From an uncultured Hungatella sp. (GTDB taxonomy: Bacteria > Bacillota > Clostridia > Lachnospirales > Lachnospiraceae): 64,000 nucleotides of DNA. The translations under genes and the position numbers were made by a program. The notes beneath the pieces were generated by a model. The model saw nothing but the letters and a program-made list of their open reading frames with translations. It did no database searches and was not told the origin of the DNA. Of this stretch, positions 1 through 9,270 are shown in pieces (position 1 is the stretch's first letter; each line of letters starts with the position of its first letter). The stretch covers positions 21,545-85,544 of the forward strand of contig CATLBO010000001.1 in NCBI GenBank assembly GCA_949879025.1. Direction: 5' to 3'.

Positions 1-2
1 TC

Positions 3-509
3 TATTTCTTAATTAAGCAGCTGAGACGGAAACGCAGCGATCACATCGCAATCTCCGCCAAAAGAAGCAAGCTGCCCAAAAGCGAAATCGAAGCTTTCGA
101 ACAGCAGGCAGTGGCTTCTGACTGTTACATCCTAAAGCTGACAGCTGGACTTGACAGGCTGTTTGCTACCGTTGCATACAGGGACGGCCTCCTTACAAGA
201 GACTATATTTATTTAGCTGACGCCGCTCAGACCGTCCTCCGTGTTGATGATTTAAAAGCGTGCTTTTTCAGTGAATATACCTATTACATCAAGACTGGAA
301 AAAGCAGCAAGAAAGTTCATAATCTGGCAATTTACCTTCTCGCTTCCAATGGAGTGACCACATTTGCTGATACAACCGAAAAAGCAGGGCTGGCTCTTAT
401 GGCGCTTCTCAAGGAACGGAACAGTGCAATTGACACCAATGACGGAAAGTTGCTGCCAGAAGGGGCCGCATTTGACCAGTACAAACAAAGGATACTTAAG
501 GGGCAGTAA
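3..509 (+). CDS. Hypothetical protein, C-terminal part (5' end outside window)
   Basis: The frame of ORF 111..509 is open back to the window edge (YFLIKQLRRKRSDHIA...). It ends just before a strong bidirectional terminator. No family motif recognised. Confidence 0.7.
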   Translation, partial: YFLIKQLRRKRSDHIAISAKRSKLPKSEIEAFEQQAVASDCYILKLTAGLDRLFATVAYRDGLLTRDYIYLADAAQTVLRVDDLKACFFSEYTYYIKTGKSSKKVHNLAIYLLASNGVTTFADTTEKAGLALMALLKERNSAIDTNDGKLLPEGAAFDQYKQRILKGQ

Positions 510-538
510 AAGGATAAAAGAAAACAAACGAAGAAACC

Positions 539-581
539 GTCCCAGAGAAAGCCGCCTTGCAGCGGCGGCTTTCTCTGGGAC
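539..581. terminator. Bidirectional intrinsic terminator between convergent genes
   Basis: Perfect 18-bp inverted repeat GTCCCAGAGAAAGCCGCC / GGCGGCTTTCTCTGGGAC with a 7-nt loop, between stops at 509 (+) and 619 (-). Confidence 0.85.
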
Positions 582-618
582 TTACAATTCAGTCAGCAAA
601 GGCCTTCCAAAGCGCTTG

Positions 619-1722
619 TCATTTACTTGTGTGCTTTCGCTGCTTCCCATACTCTTCCAAATCCTGTATCGCCTGATATATAAGCTCGCTTGTCACTTCA
701 TACGGCGTATGTATCAGTTCCTGGTTAGCCATGGTAACCTGCAGCACATCTGTAAGGCTGTCCTCCCTTGTAAGTTCCAGATCCGCCAGACATACTGGCA
801 GTCCCACACTCTTATTAAAGCCATAAGCCAGTTTAAGATTCTCATAGTCTTTATCCAGCAGCAGATTTATCAATGTGCCGTAGGACACTACCTCGCCATG
901 AAGATGATTTTTTTCAATATGTTTTCTGCTGGTAAGTCCATAAAACAATGCATGAGCCACTCCGCCGTTATAGTCAGGGTGAACCGATACAGAAACAATT
1001 CCTGGAGAGATAACAATATTTAAGATCGAGTTCTCTAAAGCTTCGCTGACTGTTCCTTTTTTTGCATCCTCCAGAGCCTGCCTGCCGTCCCGGAGCAGCG
1101 GAAGAAAGCACATTCGTCCCGCCATAATCCCCAATTCGCTTCCGTAGTCCAAAGTTTCTCCTGCCTTGGCAGACCAAGCTGATTCGATATGTTTAGCCAT
1201 GGCGTCTCCTATTCCGGCTCGCAGAAAACGAATAGGGGCTGCCAGCACGATTCTGGGATCAATAAAGCAGTGGGCAGGCACATATTTCAGCCTGGGTATG
1301 TCGCAGAAGGAGCCGTCCTCATGATACATGATGCTGATCTTTGTAATGGGTGCACAGTTGGAGGCAATAGACGGCACTGTAAAAACCGGCTTTCCCAGCT
1401 TATCTGCTGCCAGTTTCACAGTGTCAATACACTTTCCTCCTCCCACTGCCAGAAGCATATCTGCTTCCTTCACACTCCTGTCTTCCATTATCTTTTTTAC
1501 ATTCTCAGGGGTAGCATCATGGCCATAGAGCAGCGTTCCAAGAAGCTTCTGGCCAGAATTCTCCAGCGCCGGAAGCACATACTTCTCAGAAGCCTTCCAT
1601 GCTTTCTCCCCATGTATAACTGTTACGGTCTTTCCGAATTTGCCCATCTCCGGGCCGAACTGTTCAAATGCATGTTCCCCTATGGTAAACTGGGGCAGAT
1701 AGATTGACTTTATTCCTTCCAT
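619..1722 (-). CDS. Iron/zinc-containing alcohol dehydrogenase, glycerol-dehydrogenase-like (GldA/HcxA group)
   Basis: VGGGKCIDTVK, GIGDAMAK, HALFYG and HLHGEVV motifs of family III metal-dependent dehydrogenases; AAGGAG RBS upstream. Confidence 0.85.
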   Translation of the reverse strand: MEGIKSIYLPQFTIGEHAFEQFGPEMGKFGKTVTVIHGEKAWKASEKYVLPALENSGQKLLGTLLYGHDATPENVKKIMEDRSVKEADMLLAVGGGKCIDTVKLAADKLGKPVFTVPSIASNCAPITKISIMYHEDGSFCDIPRLKYVPAHCFIDPRIVLAAPIRFLRAGIGDAMAKHIESAWSAKAGETLDYGSELGIMAGRMCFLPLLRDGRQALEDAKKGTVSEALENSILNIVISPGIVSVSVHPDYNGGVAHALFYGLTSRKHIEKNHLHGEVVSYGTLINLLLDKDYENLKLAYGFNKSVGLPVCLADLELTREDSLTDVLQVTMANQELIHTPYEVTSELIYQAIQDLEEYGKQRKHTSK

Positions 1723-1739
1723 ATTGTCCCATTCTCCTT

Positions 1740-2510
1740 CTATTTCGCCAGATACCCGCCGTCCACAGGAATAACCGCCCCATTAAGATAATCCGACGCT
1801 TCTGACGCCAAAAATACGCAGGGGCCTTTCATATCCTCTGCCGTCCCCCATTCCCCGGCAGGAATCCTGCCTGTGATCTCTTTAAATCTGGGATTTTCAG
1901 GGTCAGTCAGTGCTTTATTCATCTCTGTGTCCATGTACCCCGGAGCCAAGGCATTAACATTTATTCCCTTTCCTGCCCACTCATTGCACAATGCCTTTGT
2001 CAGCTGCGCCACGCCGCCTTTGGAGGCAGCATAAGCCGGTACCGTGTAACCGCCGAAGAAAGAAAGCATAGACGCAATATTAATGATCTTTCCCCTGCTG
2101 TTCTGTGCCATAAACTGTCTCCCAGCCAGCTGGCACAGGCGGAATACTGCGTTCAGATTAATATTCAGCACAAACTCCCAGTCCTCAAAAGGAAATTCCT
2201 CCGACTTATGGCGCTTCTGAACCCCGGCTCCGTTTACAAGAATATCCAGATGCCCCTCCAGCTTCTCCATAGCCTGATTAAATCCTTCTGCCGTCCCATG
2301 TCCTGTTCCCAGATCCGCAATCACCCCATGACAGCAAAACCCCTTTTCTGTAAATTCTTCTGCCACCTTAAGAATCTTAGGATTTATATCTATCATGCAC
2401 ACCTGGGCTCCGGCTTCCATAAGGCCCTCAGCCATTCCATGGCAAAGCCCCTGGGCAGCCCCGGTAACAATAGCCCTCTTTCCTGTCAAATCCGTAAAAT
2501 TCCTTATCAT
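1740..2510 (-). CDS. kduD: SDR oxidoreductase, 2-dehydro-3-deoxy-D-gluconate 5-dehydrogenase (KduD)-like
   Basis: TGAAQGL cofactor loop, GKIINIASMLSF, catalytic YAASK, VNALAPGYM and C-terminal VDGGYL are typical of the KduD/IdnO group; AAGGAGG RBS. Confidence 0.8.
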   Translation of the reverse strand: MIRNFTDLTGKRAIVTGAAQGLCHGMAEGLMEAGAQVCMIDINPKILKVAEEFTEKGFCCHGVIADLGTGHGTAEGFNQAMEKLEGHLDILVNGAGVQKRHKSEEFPFEDWEFVLNINLNAVFRLCQLAGRQFMAQNSRGKIINIASMLSFFGGYTVPAYAASKGGVAQLTKALCNEWAGKGINVNALAPGYMDTEMNKALTDPENPRFKEITGRIPAGEWGTAEDMKGPCVFLASEASDYLNGAVIPVDGGYLAK

Positions 2511-2586
2511 ATGGATTTTCCTCCTTCTTGTATCAGATATATCGGCATGCGCCGCTCTGCGTCGCCTGTAAATGCGTTCTTCCTCT

Positions 2587-2638
2587 AAAAAGCAGAAAGG
2601 CGCTGATATACTTTTCTCATGTGCATCAGCCCCTTTCT
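2587..2638 (-). terminator. Intrinsic terminator after the RpiB-family gene
   Basis: Hairpin AGAAAGGGGCTGAT...ATCAGCGCCTTTCT followed by GCTTTTT on the minus strand. Confidence 0.65.
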
Positions 2639-2698
2639 TAATCGTTTTTTTATCTTAACTTATCTGGCTTTTAGGCATTGCTGCTTCTTTAGGCCGGC

Positions 2699-3373
2699 TT
2701 ATAATGTACTTACTACCTTGTCAACAAATGCTTTCAGCTCATCATCTTCGCACCCTGCATAGAAGCAGTCCAGGAATCTGGGGATCATACACCCCTTCAC
2801 CAGTTCCGGGTCAACGGCCTTTAATGCCTCAATCAGCGGCTTTGCCACCTGCTTCTTCACCTCAAACAACAGATTGGCATTGCGGTTCTGGGCCTCTTTG
2901 CGGCCGTCCGGGTATCCCATGCCCTTTGGTGATCCAAATGCCCTGGAGAAAATATTGTTCAGATTCAGTTCCGCTCCCCATCCAAATCCTTTTGCAAAAG
3001 GAATGGACAATGCATTTCCGTTGTTAATCTGCAAGAACAGATAAGCATCCGTAGGCTCAATGCAATACCCGCACACTACGCCAGGATACATATTCAGAGA
3101 CATTAAGGCCCCTTGTCCCGTACCGCACCCGGTTACTACAAAATCCACGGCGCCGGAATTCAAAAGCAGTGCCGCCTGGATACCCAGATGCAGGTAAGTC
3201 AGCCTTGGATTCTCCTTTGTGTATGCTTCCGGGACATCCTGGTCTGTAAGGGGGATCTCCATGGCAGCATTATAAACCTGATGCCCCATAGGTTCCACCA
3301 CTGCTTTTAATTCCTTGACAATAATCCCGTTTTTCGGTGCCTGGCTAAACTCATTAAGTACTGCAATCTTCAT
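2699..3373 (-). CDS. RpiB/LacA/LacB-family sugar isomerase, DhuI-like (uronate ketol isomerase subgroup)
   Basis: MKIAVLNEFSQAPKN, DFVVTGCGTGQGA, INNGNALSIPFAKGFGWGAELNL are characteristic of the long RpiB-like subgroup that includes DhuI. Confidence 0.8.
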   Translation of the reverse strand: MKIAVLNEFSQAPKNGIIVKELKAVVEPMGHQVYNAAMEIPLTDQDVPEAYTKENPRLTYLHLGIQAALLLNSGAVDFVVTGCGTGQGALMSLNMYPGVVCGYCIEPTDAYLFLQINNGNALSIPFAKGFGWGAELNLNNIFSRAFGSPKGMGYPDGRKEAQNRNANLLFEVKKQVAKPLIEALKAVDPELVKGCMIPRFLDCFYAGCEDDELKAFVDKVVSTL

Positions 3374-3397
3374 TTTTTATCCTCTCTTTTCTCTTCA

Positions 3398-3506
3398 TTA
3401 CTATAAAAGTCCCGCCGCCGATTAGGCGGCATAAATTCAGGTATTCCAAATGCGCACGCCAGACTTTCATCTATGGTGGTGCGTCCGCCGCTGGGCGCAT
3501 GCAGGT
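3398..3506 (+). repeat. Intergenic ~109-bp repeat family 1, copy 1 (TTAC-led, two hairpins)
   Basis: TTACTATAAAAGTCCCGCCGCCGATTAGGCGGCATAAATTCAGGTATTCCAAATGCGC...GGGCGCATGCAGGT aligns with 35868-35974 and with the reverse complement of 48729-48837. Confidence 0.9.
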
Positions 3507-3528
3507 TTAGAAAAATGCTTTCTGCCCC

Positions 3529-4527
3529 TTATTTCGTCTGTTTATGTATAAGTGCATCCGCATCTTCTTTCATCCGCAGAAATTCCTCTCTGGTAAGACC
3601 GATATCCAGCGATTTTGCCGTATCCTCAATCTGAGACAATTTCCTGGCCCCGCATAGCACATGGACTTCCGGAGCCAGCATGGAATTCCATTTGATACAC
3701 AGATTGGCCAAAGTGCACTGATACTTTTCTGTTAAGTCCCTCCACCCGGCCAGCATCTGATTCACTGCTGGAATATTATCGCTTCTCCACCAGAATTTCC
3801 CTTCCCGTACTTCTCCTGGCTTGGCTATGTATTGATCCGACGCCTTTCCCGCCAGCAGCCCCTGTTCAATCGGAGAATAAGTCTGCAGAGAAATTCCATG
3901 CTCCTGGCAGAAAGGCAGCAATTCCGCCTCTGGCTTCCTGTCAAGAATACTCAGCTTCTCCTGAATCACATCCAGCTGCCCTGCTGCCGTGTAATCCTTC
4001 AGTATCTGCATATCCACATTGGAAGCCCCAATGGCACGGATCTTTCCCTCCTGTTTCATTTTCATCAATTCTCCCATAGTCTCCGCTATTGGGATCAGCC
4101 CATAGGTCCTGCACTGCCAATGGGTGTAATATACATCAATGTAATCGGTCCCCATAGTCTTTAAGCTTAACTCCAGATCACGTCGTATGGCTTTTGGAGA
4201 TAAATCCCTGTATACGTCATGGCCTTCTCTTGTAAAATGGTACTCCCCTCCATTGTCATACCATTGGATTCCGCACTTGGTAGACAAAACCATGCTGTGT
4301 CTGGGAATCTCTTTCAGCGCCTTCCCTACAACCTCTTCACTGTGGCCGAATCCATAGACCCTGGCTGTATCAACCCAGTTAATGCCCAGCTCCAGCGCCC
4401 TGTGGATAGTATCCACCGACATTTTATCATCATTGTCTCCCCACCACAGGCCTCCGCCGATGGCCCACGCTCCCAGGCCAATACCGCCTGCCGTGATTCC
4501 TGACCTGCCTATCTGTCTTTTCTCCAT
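3529..4527 (-). CDS. Aldo/keto reductase (E. coli YdjG-like, AKR11 group)
   Basis: GLGAWAIGG, DTARVYG, STKCG, YYTHW (catalytic D/Y/K/H), GKIRAIGASN. Start placed at MEKRQIG (ATG 4527) behind a GAGGAG RBS. Confidence 0.88.
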   Translation of the reverse strand: MEKRQIGRSGITAGGIGLGAWAIGGGLWWGDNDDKMSVDTIHRALELGINWVDTARVYGFGHSEEVVGKALKEIPRHSMVLSTKCGIQWYDNGGEYHFTREGHDVYRDLSPKAIRRDLELSLKTMGTDYIDVYYTHWQCRTYGLIPIAETMGELMKMKQEGKIRAIGASNVDMQILKDYTAAGQLDVIQEKLSILDRKPEAELLPFCQEHGISLQTYSPIEQGLLAGKASDQYIAKPGEVREGKFWWRSDNIPAVNQMLAGWRDLTEKYQCTLANLCIKWNSMLAPEVHVLCGARKLSQIEDTAKSLDIGLTREEFLRMKEDADALIHKQTK

Positions 4528-4625
4528 AACCAGACTGTACTCCTCTCTTTCCTCCAAAACTCCTGCCATGCATCCTGACAGTTCCGGAACTGTTTCCCGC
4601 CTTGGCTCTGCAGGCTCCATTATTG

Positions 4626-5642
4626 TCAGCCTCTGGCCACCATCTCGCCGTACTGTTCCTTTTCTTTTCTGATAAATTCCTCCAGTTCTTTTATGCCAGG
4701 CATGTCTGCGCTGCAGCCATGGGAAGCCACCAGCATAGACGCTGATGCGGAACCAAGTTCCAGGCAGTCCTGGATGTCCAAACCGTTAAAAATGCCATAC
4801 AGAAAGCTGGACGCATACCCGTCTCCGCCTCCAAATCCTTTCAGCGCATTCACGGGGAACGGGCGGATAGAGTAAGATTTACCGTCCATGGTATAGGCTG
4901 TTGACCCTTCTCTGCCATGCTTGATGACTACAATTGACGCCCCGCAGGAACACCAGTATTTGGCAGAAGCTGCATCGGTGCCGTCCAGTCCCAAAAATCT
5001 CTCTGTTAAGTCATACTCTTCCCTGGAACCTAGGATAATATCGCTGTCTCTGGCCACCGCCCCATAATAAACCGCCATTTCATCCTTGCTCTTCCAGTTA
5101 TAAGCTCGGTAATCAATGTCGAATATAATTCTAATTCCATTCTTTCTGGCAAGAGCGGCTGCCTTAAGCGCCGCTTCCCTGGAGGGGCTGGCCGCCAAAG
5201 CTGTCCCTGATATAAGAATCGCCTTTGCCTGAACCAGGTATTCTTCGTCAATGTCTTCCGGCGATAATGACAGATCCGCAATGCCGTTGCGATACATCAG
5301 TATGCTGCTTTCATCATGGCTGAGAATTTCCGTAAATGTCAGGCCAAGACTTTCTCCGTTTTCGCATTTTCGGATATGGGAAATATCAATCCCCTCTTTT
5401 TTAAAATAATCCGTCACGTATTCCCCGAACCGATCGTCAGAGACCCTGGCATAAAAACCGCATTTTTTCCCCAGCCGGGAAAGCCCTACTGCAATATTGG
5501 CAGGGGAACCGCCTACATATTTTTTAAATGTCTGGCTTTCTGCCAGCGTCTTGTAATAATCTATAGGGTTAAAGTCTATGGCTATCCTGCCAAGCAAGAT
5601 CAAATCAAAGTTTTTATTTTCTTTAAAGCTTATGTAATTCAT
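4626..5642 (-). CDS. iolC: 5-dehydro-2-deoxygluconokinase (PfkB family)
   Basis: GRIAIDFNP, KYVGGSPANIAVGLSRLG, FDIDYR and GFGGGDGY anion hole match IolC. Start set at MNYISF. Confidence 0.85.
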   Translation of the reverse strand: MNYISFKENKNFDLILLGRIAIDFNPIDYYKTLAESQTFKKYVGGSPANIAVGLSRLGKKCGFYARVSDDRFGEYVTDYFKKEGIDISHIRKCENGESLGLTFTEILSHDESSILMYRNGIADLSLSPEDIDEEYLVQAKAILISGTALAASPSREAALKAAALARKNGIRIIFDIDYRAYNWKSKDEMAVYYGAVARDSDIILGSREEYDLTERFLGLDGTDAASAKYWCSCGASIVVIKHGREGSTAYTMDGKSYSIRPFPVNALKGFGGGDGYASSFLYGIFNGLDIQDCLELGSASASMLVASHGCSADMPGIKELEEFIRKEKEQYGEMVARG

Positions 5643-5663
5643 GCCCTGTGCCTCTTTTTCCAT

Positions 5664-6815
5664 TTACCAAAGCCTTCTGTAAAGTTCTTCCATAACTTCT
5701 GCGGTAATTTCTTTGCGGGTATTGGAAGGGCTTCCTGAAGCGTACGCATCCCTTGCCATTTTAGGAATATTTTTCCAAAAGTCTTCCCTATTGATTCCAT
5801 ACTCCACCAGAGTAGGAATCTGGATGTCCTTAAGCAGCTGCGCAGTTTCCTTAAGCAGGGCTGCCGCCGCCTTATCCCTTCTGTCCCCTTCCTCTGCAAA
5901 TCCGCAGTTTACTGCAATATCAGCAAACCTGTCTTCAGCCCCGTCTGCGATGTACTCTAAGCATACATTCAGAAGCATGGCATTGGAAATACCGTGAGGG
6001 ACATGATACAATGCTCCTACAGGCCTGCTCATGCCATGGACAACGGTAACCGATGAATTGTTAAATGCCATGCCGGCCTCCAGAGACGCTAACGACATCT
6101 GGATTCTGCTTTCTACGTCCTCTCCATGCTCCCATGCATTCTTTAGAGATCCGAAAATCCTCCGGCATGCAGACAATGCAAAGGTATCGGAAAGCGGCTG
6201 GGCTTTTCTGGATGTATACGCTTCAATGGCGTGGGTCAGAGCGTCTACCCCTGTGGCCGCCGTAATCTTCGGCGGTGCAGTTATGGTAAATCTAGGGTCA
6301 ATAACTGCCATATCTGGCATCAAAGAGGGCCCTTTCAGCAGCATCTTTACCTGACTGCTCCGGTCAGTTATAATGGTAAACTGGGTGGCTTCCGAACCAG
6401 TTCCTGCCGTAGTGGGAATCGCTGCCATAGGCGGCAGCCTTCTGATAATTGTTTTTCCCATATAATCTGCCGGTTTTCCCCCATATTCTGTAATCATGGC
6501 AATGGCCTTCATAGAGTCTATGGGGCTGCCTCCGCCCAGCCCAACGAGAAAGTCACACTTTTCTTCCTGATACAGCCTGACACCTCTTTCAACCATCCTG
6601 TCATCTGGTTCCCCGTTTATATCTGCATAAACTGCATAAGATACACCGGACTCTGACAGCATACAGGTCAGTCTATCCAGGTTTCCCAGTTTTTCCATCA
6701 TGGCATCTGTTACTACCAGAGCCTTTTTGCCCATGCCCCCTATGGTTTCCGCCGCAGATTCCAGAGCATGGCTTCCGCTTATGACTTTTCCCGGCGCCAA
6801 AAAAATATCAGCCAT
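5664..6815 (-). CDS. Iron-containing alcohol dehydrogenase
   Basis: GLGGGSPID, IPTTAGTGSEAT, DALTHAIEAY, HGMSR...HVPHG motifs. Start overlaps the EIIA stop. Confidence 0.9.
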   Translation of the reverse strand: MADIFLAPGKVISGSHALESAAETIGGMGKKALVVTDAMMEKLGNLDRLTCMLSESGVSYAVYADINGEPDDRMVERGVRLYQEEKCDFLVGLGGGSPIDSMKAIAMITEYGGKPADYMGKTIIRRLPPMAAIPTTAGTGSEATQFTIITDRSSQVKMLLKGPSLMPDMAVIDPRFTITAPPKITAATGVDALTHAIEAYTSRKAQPLSDTFALSACRRIFGSLKNAWEHGEDVESRIQMSLASLEAGMAFNNSSVTVVHGMSRPVGALYHVPHGISNAMLLNVCLEYIADGAEDRFADIAVNCGFAEEGDRRDKAAAALLKETAQLLKDIQIPTLVEYGINREDFWKNIPKMARDAYASGSPSNTRKEITAEVMEELYRRLW

Positions 6816-7264
6816 CAGGAAAACGCCTCCACAAGATTCTCATAGGAACTGGCTGTCTGCAGTTTGCTCATGATCGCATCATTGCCTAATTTTCCGGCCA
6901 GCTCCGCTATCAGCCGCAAATGATCCTTGGCTCCGTCGCTGTCAGCCGGAACAGCAAACAGGAAAAACAGCTGGGACGGTTCCCCGTCATAGGACTCCCA
7001 CTCGACCATTTCCCGGGTTCTTCCCACTGCAATGCCTACTTTATCTACAAAAGCCGATTTTCCATGAGGAATCGCCACATGGCCTCCGATGCCTGTGATA
7101 CCTTCGCTTTCTCTTAAGTAGACATCTTTTATATACCCTTCCAGATCATCTATGTATCCGGCATTTTTCAAAAGCCCTGCCAGATGCCGGATTACCTCGT
7201 CCTTGTTTGTTGCTTCCATATTCAAATCTATAACCTGCCTGTCCAGGATTTCTTTTACTGCCAT
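6815..7264 (-). CDS. PTS fructose-family EIIA component
   Basis: RESEGITGIGGHVAIPHGKS containing the phospho-acceptor His; 149 aa. Confidence 0.9.
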   Translation of the reverse strand: MAVKEILDRQVIDLNMEATNKDEVIRHLAGLLKNAGYIDDLEGYIKDVYLRESEGITGIGGHVAIPHGKSAFVDKVGIAVGRTREMVEWESYDGEPSQLFFLFAVPADSDGAKDHLRLIAELAGKLGNDAIMSKLQTASSYENLVEAFS

Positions 7265-7279
7265 AATATATCCTCTTTT

Positions 7280-9244
7280 CTATTTAATAAAGTACTGATA
7301 AATATCCAGGGTGGAACCCATCTTTTTAATAGCTTCCATATTCTCGTCATTATCCGTCAGCTGAAGGAAATCCTTATAAAACTGCTTAGTACGCCGAATT
7401 TCAAACTGTGTGGTCATCTTTACTGCCAGCAAAAACACCACATCCACCATGTCATCATGCCACGGTATAGGCTCCTCCAATATAGCCACTACGATTCGTG
7501 ATTCATTGATCTCCGACATATTTCCGTGAGGAATGGCGATCCCCCGTCCAATGCTGGTAGTAGTAGCCCTCTCCCTGTCAAACACGCTTTGCAGATAAGC
7601 CGGAGTTACATCACCTTTGTCTTCCAGTTTTTTTACCATCATCGTAATCAACTGATCCTTATCTTTTACCTGGGGCCTTAAAAGAAACAAATCCACCTCA
7701 AACAGCTGGTGGCAGAGATTATTAAAATGGAACTCAGGTTTCTTGCGGAAATAGAATATCTGATTCACTTTCTGGCGAATGGCTTCTATGCTTTGTCCGC
7801 TGAGACATTCCCCCACTGCCACTGCCCGATCGTCTTTAATTTCATTTCCTGACATATTGATGATGACATCCACGTCATGATACTGCTCCAGCCTTAAATC
7901 GTGATAGCTGGCCGCATGGATCTCTGTCAGCTCTGAAATGCTGTATTTCAGCCTTTCAATATTCAGCTGGCTGGCTGCCATGCCGCCCTCGCTGATCAAA
8001 AGGGCTGTCAGCGGGTTTCCTTTCTTTCGCCTGATAACAGCTGCCTGGATGTATAAAGCGATTCCAGCCAGTTCATCCTCGGTTACCTGCACGTCATAAT
8101 ATTCTTCAAACAAGCTGCTGGTAGACCAGGTAGCCAGAAATGTCTGTTTATATTCATTTTTTACATACTTGCTGATGTTATCTCCTGCCGCCGTGGAATA
8201 TTTCATCCGGAAAATAGCTGAACGCATGTGCAGCAGCAGGCTTTCATATAAAAGTTGGTCTTCGGAAAGGTCAATATCCAGAACGGTGTCGATGGTTTCA
8301 ATTATCAGTTTCACAAATTTTCCTAAATCTTTGTCGTACTGCCTGGCATAATCCGTATCCTGAACGCTGGAGAAATTTTTCAGTTTTTTTGCCGACAAAA
8401 GGAGCACCGCCAGCAGCACGGTATCATCATCGGAAATTTCAATTTCATATGCCTGTTCTATTCTCTGATAAATAGATTCTGCAAAAGAATATTCATTATA
8501 ATGCTCAATATTCTCTTCTCTGGTGGAGAATACAGCGTCATTCCCAAAACGCCGGCGGGCCATGGACAGACATGCCATGATCCACACCATCTTAAAAGAA
8601 TTATCCGCAAGCTCTATGCGCCAGGCATTCTCTGCCTCAAGCACGATCCGCCGGACTCTGGATATATCCACCCCTGAAGCGTAGGAGCCCAAAAGGGCCT
8701 CCAGAACCTCAGGCATCATTTCTATGATATAATCTTTAATCGCAATTCGGAAATTGTATTCATCCCCCACAAGGCATACTCCCTTGCTGCGTATGGACGT
8801 AATCTTCAGGGAGCGCTCCTCAAACCAGGGGGAAACCTCTCTTAAAAGCCCGCCCACTGTCGGAGCACTTAAATACAGGCTTTCCGCCAGCTGCTGAAGC
8901 GTAGTAGTCTGCCCGGGCTTTAATTTCAGAAGTTTCCCTATTATCTGTTTCCTGCGGTCATCCGGTTGAACCGCAGAGTCCAGGTCTCTGCCCAGCGCCA
9001 GATGGTTCTGCAGACTTTCCCATTGCCGTCCATCCATCTCAAGCCAGATTCCTGTCCCCTGCTTCTTTTCAATCCTTCCCATGTTATTTTCTGTCAGCCA
9101 GCGGTTCATCTGGTCGATTTTGGTACGGACTGTTTTTTCAGATAATCCCACATTTGCTGCAATCTGCAATATGGTATAGGTCTCCCCACCCAAAAGGCAA
9201 TTCAGTATTTTATTAAAATATAATGCGTTCTTATCTTCTTTCAA
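7280..9244 (-). CDS. BglG/MtlR-type PRD-containing transcriptional regulator (HTH-Mga-PRD-PRD-EIIB-EIIA)
   Basis: N-terminal HTH (IAANVGLSEKTVR), Mga-like HTH (LAESLYLSAPT), PRD (LLLHMRSAIFR), C-terminal EIIA (RERATTTSIGRGIAIPHG). Confidence 0.9.
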   Translation of the reverse strand: MKEDKNALYFNKILNCLLGGETYTILQIAANVGLSEKTVRTKIDQMNRWLTENNMGRIEKKQGTGIWLEMDGRQWESLQNHLALGRDLDSAVQPDDRRKQIIGKLLKLKPGQTTTLQQLAESLYLSAPTVGGLLREVSPWFEERSLKITSIRSKGVCLVGDEYNFRIAIKDYIIEMMPEVLEALLGSYASGVDISRVRRIVLEAENAWRIELADNSFKMVWIMACLSMARRRFGNDAVFSTREENIEHYNEYSFAESIYQRIEQAYEIEISDDDTVLLAVLLLSAKKLKNFSSVQDTDYARQYDKDLGKFVKLIIETIDTVLDIDLSEDQLLYESLLLHMRSAIFRMKYSTAAGDNISKYVKNEYKQTFLATWSTSSLFEEYYDVQVTEDELAGIALYIQAAVIRRKKGNPLTALLISEGGMAASQLNIERLKYSISELTEIHAASYHDLRLEQYHDVDVIINMSGNEIKDDRAVAVGECLSGQSIEAIRQKVNQIFYFRKKPEFHFNNLCHQLFEVDLFLLRPQVKDKDQLITMMVKKLEDKGDVTPAYLQSVFDRERATTTSIGRGIAIPHGNMSEINESRIVVAILEEPIPWHDDMVDVVFLLAVKMTTQFEIRRTKQFYKDFLQLTDNDENMEAIKKMGSTLDIYQYFIK

Positions 9245-9270
9245 CCAAGCACCTCATATTTCCTTTTTCA

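Noticed and set aside
364-1023. 219-aa plus-strand ORF and the many other antisense ORFs in the track
   Set aside because: They are shadows of well-supported opposite-strand genes, with no motifs or RBS; this one also runs through a terminator.
2588-2597. AAAAGCAGAA match to the family-2 terminus
   Set aside because: Only 10 nt, and it is explained as part of the terminator at 2587-2638.
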